A stretch of DNA of 63,420 bases, filler included, from Salisapilia sapeloensis CBS 127946 (lineage: Eukaryota; Protista; Oomycota): NCBI GenBank assembly GCA_023334545.1. It is 9 parts of 9 records of this genome, joined end to end, with 100 filler letters (N's around TTAATTAATTAA, not from the genome) between each part and the next. Parts side by side here need not be neighbours in the genome. Positions count along the whole stretch, not along the records: positions 56,647 to 58,253 come from JAADVB010001091.1; positions 58,354 to 59,488 come from JAADVB010001293.1; positions 59,589 to 63,420 come from JAADVB010000718.1; 6 more parts are not named here. One strand, given 5' to 3'. The stretch's first letter is position 1; each line of letters begins with the position of its first letter. A program made the position numbers and the translations under genes. Positions 56,547-63,420 of this stretch are shown one piece after another. The notes under the pieces were generated by a model. That model saw only the letters and a list, made by a program, of their open reading frames with translations. It made no database searches and was not told the origin of the DNA.

Positions 56547-56646
56547 NNNNNNNNNNNNNNNNNNNNNNNNNNNNNNNNNNNNNNNNNNNNTTAATTAATT
56601 AANNNNNNNNNNNNNNNNNNNNNNNNNNNNNNNNNNNNNNNNNNNN
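56547..56646. other. Artificial assembly spacer
   Basis: 44 N + TTAATTAATTAA + 44 N. Confidence 0.97.
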
Positions 56647-56664
56647 ATAGAAAGTATATTGGAG

Positions 56665-58107
56665 TCAAGAGGTCTGTAGCTGCTGGTCGACGGCGCGTAG
56701 CTGCGTCCGGAGGTCTGTGAGCGCGGCTTTGATGGCGTCCGACTTGGCCTTGTCTCGCTCGCCAAAGCTCAGGACGAGCTGCGTGCTCTGCTCCTGGATG
56801 GCGAGGCAGATCTGTTTCCGTCGGTCGATGCAGGTCTGCCTCGAGTCCTGTGATTGCGCTTGGGTGCTGGTGTCCAGCGTCTCAGTCTCTTGAGCCTTGG
56901 ACTCCTCCTCCTCTTCTACAAAGAGCTCTCTCGCGGCTCGAGGAGACGGCCGGACGCTGCTTTTGCCAGAACTAGAAGACGACCAGAGGGACGAGACGCT
57001 CCGGTCGTCCTGCAGCCGCCTCCGGAAGCCCTCGAAGGACTGGAGGAAGGACTCGCCACGGAGCTCTTGGCTCGAGACACTGGACTCCTGCAGGACACTC
57101 GGAGCTGTCTCCTGGCTAGAAGAGGAGCAGGAGGAGTGGCTCGTGCTCCCGAAGGAAAAGCGACGGCGGACGTCGGGAGAAGCGACAGGACTGAAGCGAA
57201 TGTGCTTCGAGCTCTCCGTCTCCTGCTCTTTCTTCTGGTCAGAAGAAGGACTCTCCGTCGGCTCTGGACAGCTCGAAAGAGTGGTCGACGGCGTCTCTGG
57301 ACTCCTGTCGTGCCTACTAGTACGGTCGAGGCGGAAAGACTTGTCCGAACCGAAAGAAAGGAAACTCTCGTCGCTCTCACTCGCCGTCGCGCTCGTGTCC
57401 TGGCGGCTGGAGGCGCCCGACGTCTTCCGCTTCTTCGGAGGAGACTTGAGCAGCTCTTCTCTCGCCTGAACAGACCTCTCCAGCTTCTTCATCGCGTCGG
57501 CGAACTGCATCTGGATCGAGAAAACCTCCTGCATCGCCTCCGGTCGACCCGGCATCCAGCTCTCCTGCTTCCTGCTCGAAAGAGGCTTTAGCGCTCTGCT
57601 GCGGACGTGGCGCTTCGAGTCGTAGGAGCCCAGGTGGAAGGCAGGAGAGTGCTCCGTCTTGGCGGACTGGAGAGGAGGCCGAGGAGGGAGGTTCTCCTTC
57701 CTGTCTCCTGCGCTGTCGTCTCTCGGACGCTTCCCCGTCGCTCGTCTGCGAGGGAAGGACGTCTGCTTCCTCCTGGCCAGCTCCTCCTCCCGACGGAGAC
57801 TGTCCGCCAGCTGCGTCTCCAGCTGCCGTCGCTGGTGTGCTGCCTCCGTGAGCTCCTGCACTAGCTGATGCGTTCGCCAGGAAGAAGAAGAAGAAGAAGA
57901 CGGACTGGAGGAAGGCGTAGAGTCGAAGCTGAGCTTATGAGAGCGATGGCCGGAGTACGTGCTGTATGTGGATGGAGACGACCGGGTGTTCGGAGAGCTG
58001 GTGGCGCGACGGGGAGGAGGAGAGGAGAAGGACGGACGACGGCTGCATCTCGCCAGGGTCTCGTGGAGCTCTGTCTTGAGTCTCCGGAGTTCGCTCGCGT
58101 ACTCCAT
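56665..58107 (-). CDS. Ser-rich low-complexity protein with short coiled coils, unknown function
   Basis: 480-aa ORF with GC-rich codon usage. The frame stays open upstream of ATG 58107 to the gap, so it may be 5' truncated. Contains a (GAA)6 tract at 57881-57900 encoding poly-Ser. Confidence 0.75.
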   Translation of the reverse strand: MEYASELRRLKTELHETLARCSRRPSFSSPPPRRATSSPNTRSSPSTYSTYSGHRSHKLSFDSTPSSSPSSSSSSSWRTHQLVQELTEAAHQRRQLETQLADSLRREEELARRKQTSFPRRRATGKRPRDDSAGDRKENLPPRPPLQSAKTEHSPAFHLGSYDSKRHVRSRALKPLSSRKQESWMPGRPEAMQEVFSIQMQFADAMKKLERSVQAREELLKSPPKKRKTSGASSRQDTSATASESDESFLSFGSDKSFRLDRTSRHDRSPETPSTTLSSCPEPTESPSSDQKKEQETESSKHIRFSPVASPDVRRRFSFGSTSHSSCSSSSQETAPSVLQESSVSSQELRGESFLQSFEGFRRRLQDDRSVSSLWSSSSSGKSSVRPSPRAARELFVEEEEESKAQETETLDTSTQAQSQDSRQTCIDRRKQICLAIQEQSTQLVLSFGERDKAKSDAIKAALTDLRTQLRAVDQQLQTS

Positions 58108-58253
58108 GCTCCTGTCCGCACTAATGATGAAGAGGACTTTGGGCGGGAAACTGGGATGTACGACTAGCAGGCACCTCGCAACGGAAGACGACGGTGTGCC
58201 ATTAGCAAGGCGGATAGGAACGAGATCTTCGACGGATGTAGGTCTGAATGGAC

Positions 58254-58353
58254 NNNNNNNNNNNNNNNNNNNNNNNNNNNNNNNNNNNNNNNNNNNNTTA
58301 ATTAATTAANNNNNNNNNNNNNNNNNNNNNNNNNNNNNNNNNNNNNNNNNNNN
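58254..58353. other. Artificial assembly spacer
   Basis: 44 N + TTAATTAATTAA + 44 N. Confidence 0.97.
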
Positions 58354-58633
58354 CTCCTTTCGTTGTTCCATCAACAATATCGTCAGAAGGTGAGAAGGAT
58401 GTATCCTCCACATAGTCTTCTGGCTCAGGTTCTGGTGTGCTCAGGTCACTGTCGTTTGTGCCCATCAGGTCATCTTCCGACTGTTTGGTTTCGTAATGAG
58501 TCGGAACCAACGCAACTGCTTCTGGTGATATCTTGGGTTCACTGGATTCTCCCAGGTCACCGTGCTTCGGATCTAGGCGCGACGGTGAAGAGCTTCCGGG
58601 ATCGTCCGGGGGAGACTTGGCATGGATAGTCAT
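58354..58633 (-). CDS. N-terminal fragment of an acidic low-complexity protein, 3' truncated by gap
   Basis: ATG 58633 (MTIHAKSPPDDPG...) is open to the gap; no family recognised. Confidence 0.4.
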
Positions 58634-58767
58634 GCTACGCTGCAAAGTGAGAGAGATGGTCTTCGCTTTCTCTTGTACTGTGGCTTATCGTCCGCAAGGC
58701 CAGGTACACACCCTGATGATATTTTCCTGTGGTAGAGACTTGCTGCTCTTGTGGCAAAATACGAACT

Positions 58768-58997
58768 GTCCCAATAAAATAGCAAGATCTCAATGTTGCA
58801 AGTAAATCGAATACAACTTCAACCTGAAGGGCTTCTGAGGATACGCTCGACACGATTCCCCGCCAAGACATGACACAGTAGCATACGATACATGTAGATA
58901 GGAATAGAAAGGCTCATAGCAACGTAAGACTTGGAAGAACCGCCACAGACTTGGACGGTGATCCAAATTACATTGTTGGCGTGCTTGTTTTCATAAC
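58768..58997 (-). repeat. Dispersed repeat family B, copy 2
   Basis: Homologous to 43410-43650 in the opposite orientation. Confidence 0.8.
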
Positions 58998-59179
58998 ACT
59001 GGATAATCCGCTGAACGAACACGGTCTTAGTCTGTTCATTTGTAGATGCCATCCAACTGACACTCATGGAGTATTTCTACTCGGTTCGGAGCTATGGCCT
59101 GCTTGAAACTAAAGATTGCTATTAAACTTCCATCCCCAAACGACCGCCTATTTATCTTCAATACAATTTAAACATCATG

Positions 59180-59488
59180 TTACTCCTCTTCCTTCCAGCC
59201 CACATTCGTTACGTCATCCTGTCGGAGTCGTAGTTCAGTCATCTTCAGCCATGCTAGCTGACGATCACGATCGCGGTCTTTCAGATCGAGCTCCACTGAG
59301 CTAGTCCTCCACACACGCTCAATCATCATGTCCCATTCCTCTGAATACGTCGAAGCACCTCGCATGATGGAACCCTCATCGGAAGAACTAGCTTTGGACT
59401 CGATGATCGGTGCTTCGTCATTGATGGACGTGAATTGGGCAAACGCGCTCAGTGAACCTTCCGTTGAAAAGCTGAGACTATCTGAGTC
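59180..59488 (-). CDS. C-terminal fragment of a gene truncated by the gap
   Basis: The frame is open from the gap edge (DSDSLSFSTEGS...) through WDMMIERVW...RQLAWLKMTELRLRQDD to TAA at 59180. Confidence 0.45.
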   Translation of the reverse strand, partial: DSDSLSFSTEGSLSAFAQFTSINDEAPIIESKASSSDEGSIMRGASTYSEEWDMMIERVWRTSSVELDLKDRDRDRQLAWLKMTELRLRQDDVTNVGWKEEE

Positions 59489-59588
59489 NNNNNNNNNNNN
59501 NNNNNNNNNNNNNNNNNNNNNNNNNNNNNNNNTTAATTAATTAANNNNNNNNNNNNNNNNNNNNNNNNNNNNNNNNNNNNNNNNNNNN
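59489..59588. other. Artificial assembly spacer
   Basis: 44 N + TTAATTAATTAA + 44 N. Confidence 0.97.
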
Positions 59589-62500
59589 CAACACAGACAC
59601 ACTACCGCCACTCGCGGTATTCACGTCCGTCGTCGAACCAGCCGTCACGTTTACCGCTCCGCCAGACCCAGTGTCGCCACTGCCCACCGACACAGAAATG
59701 TCGCCGCCAGCACCGCCCGTCGATGCGCCTGTCTTAGCCGTGATGTGTCCACTATTTCCATGAAGAGCTACTCCAGAGGTGACTGCGATTGAACCGCTGA
59801 TCCCGAGTACTGAAGAGTCGGCGGTTGCGACGGAAATATCGCCGCTAGACGTATTCCAGCTGCGGCCGCTCTGAATAGCGACAGAACCGCCTGTTGTTGT
59901 CCCTGTCCCTGCTTCTATCATAACGGACCCCCCTGAGAGTCCTGGGCTTGTCGTATTACCTGAGTTAAGGTGAATTGAACCGCCGTTACCCGAATTTCCA
60001 GGCCCGACTTGAACGTAAATATCACCACCACTTCCACCGGTGCTATTTCCAGTGCTCAAGTGCAACCCGCCCGAAGAGCCAGAGTGCGTTGATCCTGTGG
60101 TTAATGCAATGAGGCCCGAGGAGCCCACAGAGCCAGCTTCGGCTGTTGTAACTTCGACGCGTCCACTTGAACCGTACGGATTCTTACCACTCAGAGCTCG
60201 AATTGCTCCTCCAGAAGATGATGGATCCGTCGTGTTGCCGGCGGTAGCAATTACATTGCCTCCTTCTCCAAGTGAACCAGCACCAACAGATAAGGTAATC
60301 GAGCCCCCGCTTCCTTTCTCTGCATTACCAGTTTGTACCTCTATTTGGCCGCTGGGACCGTTGTAGCTGGCACCGGTAGACAGTCCAAGATCACCCGATA
60401 CACCCACTGCTTCGGAGTCGACCGTATTAATATAAATGCTTCCAGAAGTTGAGTGATCACTTGCACCAGAGTTAATGGAAACCATCCCACCGGTTAGTGA
60501 ACCGCTACCTGCTGTAGCAATTATGTCACCTCCTTCTGCCATGCTTCTCCCTGCCGAAATGAGCACTGAACCACCATTCTCTGGACCGCTATCTCCCACG
60601 GATAAATGGATATCGCCACCCTTAGAAGACGCTGAAGCACCGCTTTCGATTACGATAGACCCAGAGTCATCTAATAGAGCATTGCCGCTACGCACAGAAA
60701 GACTTCCTGACTTTCCTTCGCTACCAGACTGCGCAGTGTGAATATCAATGCTTCCACTCGTAGTCTGTAATCCCATCCCGCTCGAAAGCGAAATAGATCC
60801 TCCTGTTCCGGCACTACTTTGACCTGCACTTATCTTCACGGCACCTCCAGCACCTGGGATCCCTGCTCCAACTTGAATCGTGATATCTCCTCCTGCGTTG
60901 TTCTCGCTGAAGCCGGTCAACAGGTCGATGTTACCACTCTTGCCTTTTGCAGAGTCCCCTGACCTAACCGATATCGAGCCCGAATTTCCGATACTACTGG
61001 ATTTATTCGTCAGCAGTTCAATAGAACCACTAATTGTCTCTCCGTATCCACTTCGAATATTTATATGTCCTCCCACAGAAGTCCCACTGGACCCGCCAAG
61101 AAGTGACAAATCCCCGCCTTTTTGCACGCTGTCTCCAGCGCTCATACGGGCGCTTCCACCATCGTGAATTTGGCTTGCACCGACGGAGAGTACGATTTCG
61201 CCTGCTTTGCCAGTCGCTTCTCCAGTAGAGGCGTTGAAGTCACCACTGTAAACACCAGCGGTTCCAGACCGAAGTGAAATGCCGCCTGAGCTGCTTGCCT
61301 TGCCTTCTGACGCGGTGGAGATGCTAACTGAGCCACTTGATCCTACAGTACCGTATCCAGATCGAAGGTCAATTTTACCCCCTTGGCTGCTACTGTTTCC
61401 ACTGGCTAAAAGCAAATTTCCTGCAACTTGAGACCCTGATGATCCTACTACAAGACCAATGTCGCCAGCCGTTCCACTGAAAGAATCACCAGTACCAACG
61501 TAAGCGCGGCCTGAGCTGACCGTACTTGTACCAGATTGTAGCAAAATATCGCCGCTTGACTTGCTAGAAGCTGATCCAAGTGTTACGTTTCCAGATGTGC
61601 TTTCCCCAGTGCCAGAACGAATGCGAATGGCACCACCAGAAGCTCCAGCTCCGCCGTACAGATGTACATTACCACCTTGTACCTTTTCTCCCGAACCACC
61701 AGCAGCTTCGATATTACCAATCTTACCACTAGAGGAATCTCCAGATTCCAGATTGATACTACCAGTATGCCCACTCCTCGAACTTCCCGTCCTTATCCTC
61801 ATAAACCCAGTATTCGCTTGCTCAGTACGGCCTGTAGAAAGCGACACATTGCCAGATCGAACAGAGCCCTTTCCTGGAGCAGTCCCAACAGCAACGCTAC
61901 CGCTCGCACCGCTCTTTCCAAGTCCAGTACCTGAAATAACGGACACGGTGCCACCACTACCACGAAGACTGTCACCACTACCGATACGAATGGCGCCACT
62001 GTCATCGCCACTGGCACCCGTCACAGCCTCCATTGCACCGCTTTTACCGCTCCTTGCGTCTCCACTGCGGATGGAAACAATGCCACTTCTCGTCGTCGAA
62101 GCGCCACTCTCCAGTCCAATGCTGCCAGATACCTCACTGGCTGCCGTCGCGTGGGAGATGTTTCCAGAAGCACCGTTCCCGGAGGCGCCAGACACGAAAG
62201 CGATCGATCCACCACGCTTCTGCATACTCCCGCCAGCACCAACGCTCACGTCGCCGCCATCCAGCTCCTTGCTAGAACCAGCGTCGATCGTCACCGAACC
62301 GCCACTGGTCGAGCCACTGCCAACAAGAACGCTGAAGTTCCCGCTCCTCGAACCAGATTCACCCGTACGCACCCCGATGGACCCAGTAGAGCCACGGATA
62401 CTCGACCCGGTCACCATCGATACTCGACCAGATGCACCATCAGAGTTGACAGAGTGACTCGACAAGGACACTGCACCGCTCCGCTTGCTCGACGCATAAC

Positions 62501-63419
62501 CCGAAGTTAGGCTGATCGAACCACCTTCGCCCAAGCTAGAATTGCCGCCGCGCACAGCGACGTGTCCGGCGTCCTGGGATGAAGTTCCAGTGGAGATCGA
62601 AATGCTACCGCTCGATCCGATAGCACTGGCGCCAGTACTCAGTGCTGACGAACCACTGCTCGTTTCCGACTTGCCACTTCCGATACGAATGGCGCCACTG
62701 TCATCGCCACTGGCACCCGTCACAGCCTCCATTGCACCGCTTTTACCGCTCCTTGCGTCTCCACTGCGGATGGAAACAATGCCAGTTTCAATATGGTTTA
62801 GGGAATTTGCAGATTGTAAGATCATATCGCCGGAAGGCGACGCCGCGGATCCTCCGGTTGTCAGCTTAATGTTGCCGCCCGAGTTTTCCGAGTCTGCGTA
62901 TCCTGCTTCCAGCTTGATGTGACCACCGTTACCAGAGGTACTGTTTCCACCTTTAACGATTATGCTGCCGCTGTCACTGTCTGTAGTATTCCCAGTAGTA
63001 AGAATGAGTTGGCCGCTAGGTCCTTGAGTGGCTTCACCAGTGCCAACGAAGACATCACCGCTGTGACCATTTTCTCCGCTTTTGGACGATTCTAGTCTAA
63101 CGCTTCCAGAGGATCCAGAGGGGCTGCTGCCAGAGGCAATCTTCACAGATCCGCCAATAGATGCATGCTCTAAAGTTTCGCCGGCTTCAACGACTATATC
63201 ACCGCCAACCTCCTTGCTCGTCCCAGCACCAATGATGACATTCCCAGCCTTGGCATTTGGGGCTTCACCGGAAACAACAGTAATTCCACCAGAGTTCTCC
63301 GCGTCGGAGGTACCTGTCTGAATGGTTACTGGACCACTCGCAGCAAATTCACCACTATTAAAGTAGTTGCCAGAGTCTGCTGTAGAAATGCGGACGCCAC
63401 CACTTCGTTCCGGTGAGTT
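59589..63419 (-). CDS. Internal part of a giant Gly/Ser/Thr-rich repeat protein (beta-solenoid-like)
   Basis: One stop-free frame of 1,277 codons from the window edge to the gap (the ORF track start at 63146 is an internal GTG), built from [SG]G-x-[IV]-x-[LIV]-x-[STA]-G units of about 13-17 aa. Confidence 0.9.
61981..62085. repeat. Exact 105-nt internal duplication, copy 1
   Basis: Identical to 62680-62784; the offset of 699 nt (233 codons) keeps the frame. Confidence 0.92.
62680..62784. repeat. Exact 105-nt internal duplication, copy 2
   Basis: Identical to 61981-62085; encodes GIVSIRSGDARSGKSGAMEAVTGASGDDSGAIRIG. Confidence 0.92.
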
Positions 63420-63420
63420 A

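Noticed and set aside
43820-63420. Treating the accessory genes after 43.8 kb as one functional cluster
   Set aside because: They lie on seven short contigs joined by artificial spacers and differ in GC content; order and adjacency cannot be trusted.
63146-63420. Start codon at 63146, or a frameshift near the window end, for the giant repeat gene
   Set aside because: 63146 is an internal GTG; the same frame stays open and repeat-like (NSPERSGGVRISTADSG...) to the window edge.
1-63420. CRISPR arrays, operons, prophage or other prokaryotic defence systems; rRNA genes
   Set aside because: No repeat-spacer arrays, cas-like, phage or rRNA sequence was seen, and the spliced genes show the DNA is eukaryotic.

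Overview
This is eukaryotic nuclear DNA, very probably from an oomycete (stramenopile). The evidence is short 48-110 nt GT-AG introns, a tRNA gene without encoded CCA, and gene families typical of oomycetes (TM-TKL kinase, pectin acetylesterase, temptin-like protein, CKYxxGxC zinc motif, retroelement RNase H of the FFDGxSxG type). It is not one continuous sequence: nine contig pieces are joined by eight identical 100-nt artificial spacers (44 N + TTAATTAATTAA + 44 N), so adjacency across those gaps is unproven. Bases 1-12.8 kb, 21.6-27.8 kb and 29.5-43.0 kb are very compact housekeeping neighbourhoods (NDUFA4-like, MATE, WDR5, PWP2, RPC34, SANT/Myb, G-patch, tRNA-Ala, syntaxin-6, DNAJC17, DAD1, multicopper oxidase, M13 peptidase, ankyrin-DHHC, REX4, USP, anoctamin, patatin, arrestin). 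Bases 12.9-21.6 kb form a gene-poor island with a decayed retroelement RNase H, a roughly 2.7-kb very AT-rich tract and two pseudogenes. After 43.8 kb come short contigs with accessory-type genes: a tail-anchored ankyrin protein with a tandem domain, pseudogenes, a Ser-rich receptor-like kinase, a pectin acetylesterase, NDUFB11, an N-BAR protein, a temptin-like protein and a >1,277-aa Gly/Ser beta-solenoid-like repeat protein. Several genes (DAD1, NDUFB11, NDUFA4-like, syntaxin, kinase ectodomain) are absent from or fragmented in the ORF track and were rebuilt by hand from splice sites. I found no CRISPR, rRNA or prokaryotic defence system. All family assignments are from motif recognition by eye, not from database searches. 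The best leads for something new are a possible C-to-T hypermutation process acting on repeats, the giant hierarchical repeat protein and the ankyrin/coiled-coil/hydrophobic-hairpin protein; all three are hypotheses.
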